A stretch of DNA of 33,331 nt from Octopus bimaculoides (Eukaryota), in assembly GCF_001194135.2 (NCBI RefSeq), contig NC_068982.1, positions 170,684,322 to 170,717,652 of the forward strand, in the 5' to 3' direction. The number at the start of each line of letters is the position of its first letter. Position 1 is the first letter of the stretch. A program made the translations under genes and the position numbers. The notes below the pieces were generated by a model, which was not told the DNA's origin, did not search any database, and saw nothing but the letters and a program-made list of their open reading frames with translations. Shown piece after piece: positions 12,400 to 24,035 of the stretch.

Positions 12400-13860
12400 C
12401 TCTAATACAATAACGATCATTGCATATCAAGATTTGATAAAGTCTTGCATGTTTTTACTGTTCCATTTAGAGATTGTAACTGTAATGTTCGTGTTATCTG
12501 GTCTCTTTGCTTGAAAATCCAAGCTTCTCAAGATTGTGACTTCGGTATTTACTAACACAGCAGAAAACCCCAATGATCCTTTGTATGAATGTAAACTTAG
12601 AAGCAGGATACAGGAGCTGGAGGTATCGAAGCAGTTGTCTATAAATATTCACCATCACAGCGATTTTGCAAGAGAAGTTCACAACTCCATGGAATTTGAC
12701 TTCTATGAATGTACACAATTTCTCTTTTCTGTCCCAAATGTCTATGATAGGGATGTTATGCATACTCTTATGAGTGTATATATTCCATAACAGGGTCTTG
12801 TTTATATGAATCCTATAGTAATCTTTTCTCTGGATGGAATTTATATTTGCTTAGCAACAACATTGTGCAGCCGTAGGAGGTAGTAAATCGTTATTTGTTG
12901 TACCGATGCTTATTATATGTCCTATGTCCTCCACATTGACAGTGCCATAGCTAACATATGTGATTGAAGCTAGCCTTTTGAAGGGTTTCCCCGTCTCATT
13001 TGCTCATAAGGTACTTTGCAATTATTTTCTATTGTTAAATTGCAAAAGTACGTCCTTTAGAATATTATGCTATGTAGCGGTTTGAAGTCTAGGAGAGACC
13101 ACCTTTTATGTTAATATTGTTTTGTTTTCTAGTTTACGGGTGACTTATTTTCCACGTTCAGCAAGCAAATAAGAACACTTCTTTTAGACGAATGCCGTTT
13201 CTACGTCAGGTGGAAATAGTGAAAACTCCAGATGCTTTTTTACATTGTAAATATTTTAAGTAGATAGCTTTATCAACAGAGATGCTATCGGTTACATTGG
13301 TATCTCTAGTAGTTTCAGAGACTTGCATTAGGTTTTTATGAAAAAGAAAAAAAAAATGAAAAGAAACGGATTTAAAACCAAAGTAATCAAAATTACAGAA
13401 AGACTATCTTCTTAGATATTCCTTTTGAAATATGTGTAACGATGGGGATGATCGTTCCACCCGGTGTTCAAACTGTTATTCAGGTATCGCAATAGCTGCA
13501 GCTAAGGTTTCAAATGCTTTTGCCAAGTGAAAAGATTTCGGCAACCATGTGGTAAGAATAAAGTCGAATACTTTCCTATAATCAACCCTTAGTATTGAAA
13601 TGTTCTTGTGACATGTTCTTACTTCGGGCAAACAAGCTGTGACAACTTTTTCGGTACGTCTCCATACTCCCTTCTTTTCATGTGCTTGAACACCGATCGC
13701 TATTCTAAACTCACAAATATCCCAGAGGAACTTGTTGCGACAGCTTGTGTAAAGCATGTGCGTAATGTTTAGTCAAGAAATGGGTCTGTACTTCTCCGTT
13801 ACTTGAAAGTTTCTTTATCGGAGTTAGTGAATTTGGTATGTCTGAGCAAGTCAATTTGGC
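12400..13860 (-). mobile_element. Degraded RLE-type non-LTR retrotransposon (R4/Dong-like): RT, CCHC knuckle and restriction-like endonuclease, with an internal deletion
   Basis: Minus-strand hand translation, in canonical order: KYRPIS*LN..MLYTS (RT), QAHEKKGVW..VDYRKVFD..WLPKSFHLAK, FKRNI*EDSLSVIL (QGDSLS equivalent), DVETAFV*KKCSYL, FAI*Q*KIIAKYLMSK, C*LW..VEDIGHIIS (CCHC remnant), YYLLRLHNVVAK, HNIPIIDIWDRKEKLCTFIEV..NIYRQLLRYLQLLYP..FTFIQRIIG..LEKLGFS, TLQLQSLNGTVKTCKTL. Confidence 0.85.
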
Positions 13861-14959
13861 ATGTCAATTTATTATCACATTTTTATCTGTGCAAGTCAAT
13901 TTGGTGTGTCAGTTCTTTTAAGTATACATATGTTTTGTAAGAGTAGGAGAAAACGTCCAAAAGGCCTTTTTGAATAGCACTTTCCTCCCTCGTTTGTTGT
14001 TAATAGTGCTGTGTTTTATATATTTATACGTTTATTTATTTACTTACATTTTATGGATCACTATCGGAAACTTGTTAGTGACACGCTAAGTTTTGCTTTT
14101 TAATCGTTGTTCTCAGAATATCTTGCATTCTGTAATTATAATAGTTTTATGAATAAGCCGTTCAAGTCATAGCAAAGGGACTTCCAGTTGTAACACTATC
14201 TAATTTATTAATGCTCTAAAGAAAATAACGAATGGTTGGACTGAAACTTAATTCAATGAAATGAACGAGTATAATAACCCTATGAAGTGTACCATGGAAA
14301 GTGCAGCAAAATAATGAAAATCTCTTTGAAGTGTAGTAAAGTATTTTGTCCTTCTCTCTACGTCTTGAATTTAGATATCACTAGAGCCAAATTTATCTTT
14401 CAACTCTTTGGGATCGATACAAGAAGGACCAGTCATAATGGAGTCGATAGTTTCGATTATAACCCATCTGTATTCAGTTACGTGGCCATGTGTCAATGTA
14501 AGTTGAAGAGAGCTTATTATTGCATTTTCTTTCTTATTGTTATTGGTGTTAGAAGTATTGATATTTTTGGATGCCATTTATATGAGAACTGATCGTAGAT
14601 CTGCATTTAAGTAGTTCTCTAATGATAGGGAGAGTATCAGTATAATTTTCATAGTAGTATTGTAATTGATGGAAAGCATGCGTAAGAACCTCTAAAAATC
14701 AATGTAGTATATTATCGATTATACATATATATTTTACCAGGAAATAGTTAGAAACAAGGCATAACAATAGAATAAAAACATAATCTAGCAGAGATGTTAT
14801 TTGAAAGTTATGCTTAGATCTCGGACGAATTTTGTTTTTGAAAGAATCTGTCAGCAGCTACAACGTATAACAATATTAGTAGTGAGAATCTTTTTTTATG
14901 GTGGAAGAGTGCATTCTATTTAACTGCCCACTCTCAAGGCCACATTTGGAGAATATATT

Positions 14960-15036
14960 TCACTGTGAAATCTAAGTTTAAGTCAAACCTTAGGTGTTCG
15001 ATGATTCTATCTATTGGGTCGATAAATGCTTCAGTT
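14960..15036 (+). mobile_element. Highly degraded SINE core fragment
   Basis: AAGTTTAAGTC...TTGGGTCGATAAATGCTTCAGTT resembles the core of the better SINE copies. Confidence 0.3.
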
Positions 15037-15409
15037 AAAAGGGGTACTGATTGATTTTTAGCGGTCAAAATCTGACATTAGTGTAAAAACTAACTAGACA
15101 TATAATGATGACAACTTCAAAACCTTTCATTGATAAATACTTTTATAAATTATTTATTTATTTAACGTCTAATGTTTCGTAAAATGTAATGTAGTTATGA
15201 CAATTTTATGTTATTCCTATTTACAAATCCATAAACTGGCTTTAATTTTTCTTCCCTCACACGCTCTAATTTTTTAACGCCCGACAGACTCTGGATTACT
15301 AAAAATAAGCACCATAAGTATTACGATAATTAATTTTTGGGGGGAGGCGGGATCTAATAATTATTGTACAACATATAATGAAAAACTATAGCTGTGCTTT
15401 TCCTATGTA

Positions 15410-16960
15410 AAAAAAAAATTAGTAAGTGTAATGACAATAGCGGATATGAAGTGGTGCAATGAATGTTCTAAACAGTGCCTTCTAGTCGTGTAATGTATGT
15501 CCTTCACATACTTGTTCATTGAAAAGATTTCGTTAACGTTGACATGAAAATTTGAATAGATAGATCAGCTTCAAATTATCATCTCTCATCTGAAATATAC
15601 CAGGTTATTATTTTTTCTAAGAGCTGAAACGAAAACGAAATCGGCTAAATTTAAAGGCATTCTTCACTGTTGCTACTGTGTCGACGATGAAGGAATACTG
15701 AACACATCATACACCTAGTTGCATAATATAGAAAACAAAGGACAATAAGATGCTGTTGGCGAGAGGACCATGATCCCAGTGTTTAAAAAAGTAATGAAAA
15801 CTGTGATGTAGAAAAGAATTTTAACATGTTATAAAATACATGTAAGTATGGATACAGAGTGACGATGCATTAACGAAATGGCCTTTGTGGAGCAATCATT
15901 GATACTTAAGCATCGACATTTCAAGAATTTGTTTCAACTCGTGGAGTTTACTTTCAGAAGTTTCAATATTGCTATGGCCAGTGTGAGGTTTTGTAGACCA
16001 GGCTTATAGTATATATAACATTTGTTTGCCTGCTATGTACTAAAATTTAATACCGAATGTAGACAATATATTATTTGAAGAAGCTAGATTTTTATAGCCA
16101 TAGTTGCTGACGATGCTTCTGTAATGATTAGCCTTAACAGAGTTTGCCGCTATGCACAAGGACAAATGCCTTCCTGTACATAATATTCATTGTATAAGAC
16201 ACAGACACCATTTATTGTCCAGTAAACTTAAAAGTGAATTGCACGAAGCTTGAAAAGATTGCGTCAAGTCAAAATAATTAAAGCTTCTTATGTTTTTGAT
16301 TAGTGAAAGTATAATAAAACATTTACTCAGTCACTCTTGATCTTAAAGGTGAGGTGATTTTAAAGAAATGGCTGTTTACAAAAACACCTCGACTTTTATG
16401 ATTCGACTCTCAATAATTGACAAGTTAGGAAAGTGTCGCAGAAGTTTATTCTATTGTTTGCAATTAGGGTACAATTACAGAAACAAGTGTAATCCTGATA
16501 GTTCTTCGAAGTAAATACGATTAGTTAAAAATCCATTGGGTCGTAGAAATTTGAATATTCCTTATCATTGTTTTCAAAAGTACAGCATTTGGAAGAAAAC
16601 TATTATTTTCAGATCAAAATCTGGAATTATATATAAAAATAATGAAAAATTAAGATAAAGCATTCAAATAAGTTTCACGTGGAGGAAAAAATTGCAGTTC
16701 TGAATAACGTGTTTCGGAATAGTATTTTTATATCTGAAGATATGAAATCATTGGTATATATGTGGACCTTGATTATAAATTATTGTTTGAAATAAATCCT
16801 AAAGAATTATTGGAAAATTTTTGGAAAAAGCAAACAAAGTAACCGAAATTATCTAAGGTCAGTGCAGCAGTTAAAGTATTTTTTATAATTAGAACAGCTT
16901 GATCACATGCAATGAAAAAGTCATCAATACCCAATTTCATATCAATGTCCTCGTTAATTC
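15410..16960 (+). mobile_element. hAT (Charlie/Buster, ZBED5/SCAND3-like) transposase pseudogene
   Basis: Collinear motifs across stops and frameshifts: DEGILNTSY..GERTMIPVFKKVMKTV (from 15686), RCINEMA..VEQSL..FQLVEF..ASVRF (from 15863), IVADDASVM (16106), IHCIRHRHHL (CxxH, 16188), LLILKVR*F*RNGCL (RW..KGxCL equivalent, 16349-16378), ENFW (about 16820). Confidence 0.85.
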
Positions 16961-17854
16961 AGATAAAATACATGCTCGTTTTTAAAGATATCACGCAAGT
17001 AAGAAAAAAGTATGTTATTTTAAGGATTAATTTTTCTCATGAATTTTTTTCTCCCACTATTATTTTCTTTTTATGATCATGATTAAAGTTCATATTATTT
17101 ATATATCTTTGTTTTTGTACATGACTAGAGTTGATGAAACGAGTATTCCTTAAGAATATCAAGTGTAAAGATAATTTACCGAAATATAGCCTAGACTGTA
17201 TTAAAAGAAGGAGGGAAATTACCAACTGTATTTGAAGTATTCGATAAACGATAATAAACAAGTAAATCGGCAATGTATGAATCGCTCTTTATAAATTTTG
17301 GAGTACGTAAATACCAGAGATTGTTGGCAAAAAAGCGGCAAATCGACGTTATATAAGATAGCGTTAAACAAGGTATTTACACCAAACACTCAGCTACTAT
17401 TAAACGTCTAAAATATACTGGTCCTGTCGAAAAGTCTCTCAAAGCCCGTCGCACGGAAATTCTTTTAAATACATTAGTAAGATTTTAATAGGAGTGACAC
17501 CACTAAAATAATCATACCTCTTTGGACGTGTCTGTTGTAATGCAAAATTTCAACCTTGTTGAATATTTCTTACTTTACATTTTTCTAAATGTTACTAATA
17601 TCCGTGAGGAAATGTACGGCATTCTTCTTCCATCGTTGCACAAATTACATCAGGTGAAGTGACAACAGTAGTTAGTCATGTAGTTCCCATAGAAAATAAA
17701 GCTAAAAGTTCCTTCCTTGATTTTAAACAAAATTTCACGCTTCAAAATAATGTCGGACCCTCAAACAGCACGTGAGGTAAATATGTTTCTAATTACATTT
17801 CTTTGAATAATATCAAAATGTTGGTTTCAAATTTTATCACGAGGCGAGTATTTA

Positions 17855-18013
17855 CGGGGGAAAGGGGTATGTCAATTACATCAACCCCGGTGTTCAATTG
17901 GAACTTATTTTATTGAACCCCAAAAGATGAAAACCAACTTGCAGTGGAATTTGAACTGCTGCGAAATGCCGCGAAGCATTTGGCCCGTGCTAACGATTCT
18001 GCCTGTTCGCCAC
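17855..18013 (-). mobile_element. tRNA-derived SINE (cephalopod-type)
   Basis: The reverse complement reads GGTGGCGAACAGGCAGAATCGTTAGCACGGGCCAAATGCTTCGCGGCATTTCGCAGCAGTTCAAATTCCACTGCAAGTTGGTTTTCATCTTTTGGGGTTCAATAAAATAAGTTCC, with a B-box-like GTTCAAATTC; homologous to 19463-19630 and 21834-21985. Confidence 0.8.
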
Positions 18014-18261
18014 CCTAGCAATATCAAAACATTTCAAATATATGTGTTACCAATGCCAAATATTACTTAAAATAACGGTGAATAGAAATTCTTTTCTTCC
18101 TCAAAATCTATTAATAGCGTTAAACAAAAATTCTGGACGTGTTCGACCATCTATTGTTTAAATATATATTACATGCCTAGTATATTTAATAGTTACTACC
18201 CTATACTTAACTTGTATGGGAAAATTGAGCGGTTGATTCTAAAATCCATCTTCCTCCTTCT

Positions 18262-18277
18262 ATCATCATCATCAGCG

Positions 18278-18322
<45 letters not shown>

Positions 18323-18350
18323 ACGTTGACGACCTTGTCGTCGTTAGCAT
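18262..18350. repeat. (CAT)n array with CGT-type decay
   Basis: Direct reading; explains the poly-S/poly-D ORFs at 18173-18402. Confidence 0.9.
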
Positions 18351-18477
18351 ATTCATCATGATTCTTATCAAACACACACGAGGAATATTTGCACGTGTTC
18401 ATGTATATTTTGCTATAATTTTCAGAATTGTGACAATTACTATATTATGTATACAATAATATAGAAAATCTTAAGAC

Positions 18478-18585
18478 GACAAGCTGGCGAAGATAGCAGA
18501 GCAAAAGTGTCAGGTATTTCTGGCATAATACGTTATATGATTGCCTAAATCAACTTCGACTTTCATCTTTCTGGTGTCGGTAAAT
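18478..18585 (+). mobile_element. Degraded SINE copy
   Basis: Head-like GACAAGCTGGCGAAGATAGCAGAGCAAAAGTG..GGTATTTC and core ACTTCGACTTTCATCTTTCTGGTGTCGGTAAA. Confidence 0.45.
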
Positions 18586-19462
18586 GCTGTAGTTATAATA
18601 TGCAAGAGTAATTAACTGAAAACTATTGCATCCATCAGTAGTAAAAAATAGCTTTGTACTTTGCTCGAAGAAAGATTTGTGCATTCAAGTATATTCCTGC
18701 ATTTCATATAGTTAAGGCACATATTTTTCACGTTGCGGTCTCTTTCAAGCTGCATAATGTATACTGAAAGTATGCTGATATTTGACAGGTAAATCGGTAA
18801 GAAACCTGGAATTCACAGATTATTAATTTCTTAAACCAACACAATATTAATATCCTAAATCTTTGTAAGGTTTGCAAACTGTTTGACATTGAAACGGATA
18901 GCAACTGATGTTATATTATAGCCTATAGAGAATCGAAAAGCTAAAAATAAAAAGGAACAGATTCGTATTACTTCACTAATATTGTTCTGCGACAATAATC
19001 AAAGCAGTTAAATATTACTTGGCGTATCCATCAAGAAGTAAAGAGGCACGTAACATGGAAATAAATTCATATTTCTGCAACTGAACCAACATAACTAATG
19101 TTTAATTTCCGAATCAGAACGTAGGTTTAGGCCCTCGAATGGGTCAGTATTTTTCTCCGTAAATTTTGATCATATTCTAAAACCCCATTGATATCAAGGT
19201 ATTCAAACATCCCAAAGCAAATTTTCGAGTAGGTGCCTTAGCACACTCAGAGTATCTGAACGTGAATTAGATGCCCTTCCTTAGTTCTTTGATAGCTATT
19301 GTGATTATTGCAGATGTTTCGATATTTTGTTGATGTTCCCGGTCTTGTGAACCTTGTTTTGAAAATAAACGTGAACGATATTATTTTATTATCCCTTTCT
19401 TTTTTAATCATCTCTGCCATATTTGCTATGGGTTCAGATTTCTTCCAACCGTTCTTGTATAT

Positions 19463-19630
19463 GAAATTCGCCCGTCGCTACGTCTTGAGTTCAAATTCTG
19501 CCGAGGTCGACTTTACTTTTCATTCTCTCGGGGTCTATAAAGCAAGTACCAGTTGATTACTGAGGTCGATGTAAGCGACTATCCCCACCCCAAAATTTCA
19601 GGCCTTGTACCTATAATAGAAAGGGTTCTT
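19463..19630 (+). mobile_element. tRNA-derived SINE (5'-truncated)
   Basis: GAGTTCAAATTCTGCCGAGGTCGACTTTACTTTTCATTCTCTCGGGGTCTATAAAGCAAGTACCAGTTG..GAGGTCGATGTAAGCGACTATCCCCACCCCAAAATTTCAGGCCTTGTACCTATAATAGAAAGG; matches the other copies in the window. Confidence 0.8.
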
Positions 19631-19670
19631 TTATATGAAATTTCGAATTAGTGTTCCTGTATGATGGCAA

Positions 19671-19721
19671 AATCTACTGATTTGTTGCAAATTTGTTGCA
19701 AATCTACTGATTTGTTGCAAA
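19671..19721. repeat. Local duplication of AATCTACTGATTTGTTGCAAA with a partial middle unit
   Basis: Copies at 19671-19691 and 19701-19721, with TTTGTTGCA between them. Confidence 0.85.
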
Positions 19722-19884
19722 CAATAAATTGTAGCTAGTTATTTTAATAATATTTGATATATTTTAAGGGATAGTGTTACGTTCATGCGAAGAAGTAAAC
19801 TAAATGAAATGCTTTGACTCTGCTTGATCGTTGCAAGAAAGTGTCATTATCAACAACATTACGGAGATGATAACGACAACCAAC

Positions 19885-19885
<1 letters not shown>

Positions 19886-19927
<42 letters not shown>
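19886..19927. repeat. (CAA)14 microsatellite
   Basis: Direct reading. Confidence 0.95.
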
Positions 19928-19929
<2 letters not shown>

Positions 19930-20800
19930 GCTGGAGCGCAGTCGCAGTAGTTCGGCGATGGAATCCTGAAGTGTACAGTGAAGGAGCTAAAGGAGACCAC
20001 ACAACCAGTTCCATGTAGTCACAACAGAAGTTGCTGATGAAAAGAACCTTAAAAAAAGAAACCGAGAGAACTACACTGGCAGCGCAGGACCAAGCTTTGG
20101 CAACAGAGTGGACGAAACCATTGCTCATATCACGAAAGAATGCCCTTAGACTTGCCCAAAACCAGTACAAGTTGTGGTGACACGACCAGGTAGTGAAAGT
20201 GCTACATTGTAAACTGTGCAAAAAGTGCGGGCTAGAGAGCGGCAAGACGTCGTATGAGCACAAACCGTTGAGAGTGACCGAGTCGGAGACTAGCAAAATC
20301 CTCAGGGATTTCCCAATCCAAACAGAACAGGTGCCAAAGCATAACAGACCGGACCTAGTGGTGGTGAACAAGGTGCACCACATACGCTACATAGTTGATA
20401 TTGCATGCCCCTTCAGCCCACGAATAGTCAGGAAGGAAAGCAAAAAGATGGATAGATACAACACTCTTAAGTACGAAATAGCCCGGCTACGGAAAATGAA
20501 GAAGGTGAAGATAGTGCTAATTATTGATGGGTCCTTGGAAACGGTATCAGAAGGTACGAAGAGAAATATAAAGGAAATTGGAGTAAAGAACCCAGTAGAA
20601 CTATTACAATAGTTTTGCCTCCTTGGCACGACCACAATAGTCCGATAAGTATTAGAAAGCTGAAAAGAACGAATAGCATGGTACAGCAGGCTGCAAGTAG
20701 TAAGCCTACCACGCATACAAGATACTAGGAGCTCCAACAAAATCTGTGGTAAAAATAAGATAATAATCATAATGATAATTATAATAATTCATTATAATAC
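19928..20800 (+). mobile_element. 5'-truncated R4/Dong-like RLE non-LTR retrotransposon 3' end with a (TAA)-like tail
   Basis: NPEVY..PHNQFH..TEVADE, TLKKETERTTLAAQDQALAT, DETIAHITKECP (HxxxxC of the knuckle), LAQNQYKLW*HDQVVKVLH, ILRDFPIQT..HNRPDLVVVNK..IVDIACPF..RIVRKESKKMDRYNTLKYEIARL..VKIVLIIDGSLETV (PD..D RLE), LLGTTTIVR*VL. About 100 bp of 3' UTR, then TAA-rich 20755-20798. Confidence 0.9.
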
Positions 20801-20939
20801 AGAATTGTACGTATTGAAAAGAACATTGTCGCCGTGAGAGCGATTACAACCCATGTAATTTTTCCCTTCTTGTTTTCTTTTCTTTTTCTTCTTTTACATA
20901 ACTTGACTTTGTAAATGAACAATCTGTTGTGTTTATTTC

Positions 20940-21600
20940 AAAAGCCTATCAATGTGTAGGACGATGTGGGGTTTGGGGAAAAGTGAATGCCGGAGTCGTT
21001 GCGAACAACTCACCACGTGTTTTGAATACATTAAAATGAAAGGCCTCAATTTGGTTGGGAAAATCCTGGCTCGTATAACCCCAAAGTACACAGCGGTGAC
21101 TTCGAGTGCATAAGAACTCAGCACCAGAAATGTTAAAATGGCAGTGCTGTGGGCTGTTCTGGGAAAACTCAAGCAATGTACTACCATCCGTGTTTAGGTA
21201 GGTAACGCTAGGAATTTTAAATGTGTTGCATAATTAAATCATATGTTATTTTAGTTAGCTGCTCTATTTTGGATGATATTCGGGTCAGTGACTACCAAAG
21301 ATCACATCCTGAAAACACTGCCTGGCTTGATAGTGCTACCAAGGAGCTCAACAGGTACTGTTGTGCCACCAGGATGGGAATGTCCGAGATGTGCTGTGAG
21401 CGACGTAACCGCACCGCATACATTCGCAAAATTTTCAAGTATTTCTAATTTGTGGAGTTATATCGAACACCGTCATCGCATATAGGATGAATCCAACCAA
21501 CGTGAATATCATTCCACCGACTGCCTTTGATAAGGAAAGGCAGGCGGTGTTTTTGTGTTTAGGAGTTATAGTGGATAATGTAGTGTGATGGACGTGATTG
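20940..21600 (+). mobile_element. Probable piggyBac (PGBD2/3-like) transposase remnant
   Basis: Collinear eroded motifs: TTCFEYIKMKGLNLVGKILARITPKY (~CKQYIxxKPIKFGYKxWVxATPxGY), CSI..SDYQRS..AWLDS (~CPL..DYR..WxDN), CGVISNTVIAYRMN (~MGGVD..IAxYRI), VFLCLGVIVDNVV* (~LFxFCLDVxVNNAW). No TTAA/TIR ends found. Confidence 0.5.
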
Positions 21601-21833
21601 AAAGGGTTGAGAGATATTGTCCTTTTCATTCAAGCTCACATTTACTATTTTAAGTTCTATTTGGAAAGAAGAGTGTGGAAGGAGTGGGAATTATTCTCCT
21701 TGGCGCAGTTTCCCAACGGTGGATAACTGTGACAAATATATTCAGGGTGAATGAATCTACTCTAAAAATACTGCAGAATAACAATTGGGAAAAAAATCGT
21801 GCTCTTGGAAGGTGCGTTAATATAGAGGAAATG

Positions 21834-22087
21834 TAAGGCGATACACTGTAAAAATAGTCACCACGCCGGGCAAAATACTTAGTGATATTTTGTCTGTCTT
21901 TACTTTCTGAGTTCAAATTCCACCATGGTCAACTTTGCCTTTCATCTTTTCGAGGTCGATAAAATAAGCGTTAGTTGTGCCAAAATCTGAAACTAATGTA
22001 AAGGAAGCGTTACTAATGCAAATAGTAATAATAGTAATAATATTAAAAATAGTAATAATAGGAAGTGCAATTATATAGAATTGAAAC
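21834..22087 (+). mobile_element. Near full-length tRNA-derived SINE with an AAT-rich tail and candidate TSD
   Basis: CACGCCGGGCAAAATACTTAG..TTCTGAGTTCAAATTCCACCATGGTCAACTTTGCCTTTCATCTTTTCGAGGTCGATAAAATAAG. Flanked by TAATATAGAGGAA(A/G)TG at 21818-21833 and 22088-22103. Confidence 0.8.
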
Positions 22088-22103
22088 TAATATAGAGGAA
22101 GTG

Positions 22104-22194
22104 GTAATCCCGACATGTACAATTTGAACGATGTATATTTGTTGATAATAAAGTTATGTAAAACTTTGCATAAGTTTTGGTGCCAACCAATGCT
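22104..22194 (+). mobile_element. Possible Tc1/mariner 3' terminus
   Basis: AACGATGTATATTTGTTGATAATAAAG..TTTTGGTGCCAACCAAT before a TA run resembles mariner right ends (recalled pattern only). Confidence 0.3.
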
Positions 22195-22456
22195 TATATA
22201 TATATATATATAAGATTTCTGNNNNNNNNNNNNNNNNNNNNNNNNNNNNNNNNNNNNNNNNNNNNNNNNNNNNNNNNNNNNNNNNNNNNNNNNNNNNNNN
22301 NNNNNNNNNNNNNNNNNNNNNNNNNNNNNNNNNNNNNNNNNNNNNNNNNNNNNNNNNNNNNNNNNNNNNNNNNNNNNNNNNNNNNNNNNNNNNNNNNNNN
22401 NNNNNNNNNNNNNNNNNNNNNNNNNNNNNNNNNNNNNNNNNNNNNNNNNNNNNNNN

Positions 22457-22700
22457 CACACCTCTCACCACATACCACACCCCCCGCACCACACACCACC
22501 ACGCCACACGCCACCATACCACACCGCACCACATCAGACCACCCCGCACACACAGGCACTGACCACTTCCCAGCACGTACACCATCATCCACACACCTAC
22601 ATATGCGCACACACGCACACGTCAATGTCACCAGCCCCTTCCCACACGCACATGCATGCTCACACATACATACACACGCGCACCTCGTTTTGGGGCTCAC
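22457..22700. repeat. CA/CCA-rich low-complexity tract on a small contig between gaps
   Basis: Irregular CACAC/CCAC runs, low in G and T; possibly poorly resolved sequence. Confidence 0.7.
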
Positions 22701-23627
22701 CACTACTCTATTATCTCCCCTTCTTCCTAGCACTCCTGTATGACCCCTCTGTCCGGCATTGGCCATGATAGATCGCTAGCCACTAAACCTTTTCTATATA
22801 TATATATATATATNNNNNNNNNNNNNNNNNNNNNNNNNNNNNNNNNNNNNNNNNNNNNNNNNNNNNNNNNNNNNNNNNNNNNNNNNNNNNNNNNNNNNNN
22901 NNNNNNNNNNNNNNNNNNNNNNNNNNNNNNNNNNNNNNNNNNNNNNNNNNNNNNNNNNNNNNNNNNNNNNNNNNNNNNNNNNNNNNNNNNNNNNNNNNNN
23001 NNNNNNNNNNNNNNNNNNNNNNNNNNNNNNNNNNNNNNNNNNNNNNNNNNNNNNNNNNNNNNNNNNNNNNNNNNNNNNNNNNNNNNNNNNNNNNNNNNNN
23101 NNNNNNNNNNNNNNNNNNNNNNNNNNNNNNNNNNNNNNNNNNNNNNNNNNNNNNNNNNNNNNNNNNNNNNNNNNNNNNNNNNNNNNNNNNNNNNNNNNNN
23201 NNNNNNNNNNNNNNNNNNNNNNNNNNNNNNNNNNNNNNNNNNNNNNNNNNNNNNNNNNNNNNNNNNNNNNNNNNNNNNNNNNNNNNNNNNNNNNNNNNNN
23301 NNNNNNNNNNNNNNNNNNNNNNNNNNNNNNNNNNNNNNNNNNNNNNNNNNNNNNNNNNNNNNNNNNNNNNNNNNNNNNNNNNNNNNNNNNNNNNNNNNNN
23401 NNNNNNNNNNNNNNNNNNNNNNNNNNNNNNNNNNNNNNNNNNNNNNNNNNNNNNNNNNNNNNNNNNNNNNNNNNNNNNNNNNNNNNNNNNNNNNNNNNNN
23501 NNNNNNNNNNNNNNNNNNNNNNNNNNNNNNNNNNNNNNNNNNNNNNNNNNNNNNNNNNNNNNNNNNNNNNNNNNNNNNNNNNNNNNNNNNNNNNNNNNNN
23601 NNNNNNNNNNNNNNNNNNNNNNNNNNN

Positions 23628-23628
<1 letters not shown>

Positions 23629-23669
<41 letters not shown>

Positions 23670-24035
23670 AGCAAACGTATGTGTGTGATGGTTCATATGT
23701 ATGTGTATGTCTGTATGTGTGCGTGTGTGGCATGTGCATATGAGTACGTGTGTTTTATCTATGGTAGGCTGGTGTGTGTATGTGTGTGCACGTTTGTGTG
23801 AGTGTGTATGTGTGTGATTAATATTTGTTAGGGTGTTGTGTGTGCGCATGTGTGTGTATGTGTATATGTGTTTGTTCGTGTGTGTTTGTGTGTGCGTTTG
23901 TGAGTGCGTGTGTATGTGTTTTTGTGTCGGTGGGGATGTTAGGTGTGTGTACGTGAGAAATACAATATATAGATATACGCATATATACATATATGTACAT
24001 ACCTATATATATGTGTATATATACATGCATATATG
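23629..24035. repeat. Degenerate (GT)n/(AT)n tract
   Basis: Direct reading. Confidence 0.9.

Noticed and set aside
14287-14592. 101-aa and 68-aa ORFs as a gene or CR1 fragment
   Set aside because: No motif I could support; the resemblance to LERRR is marginal.
17130-17470. Mariner-like TRVDET word
   Set aside because: The downstream D..D motifs were not found.
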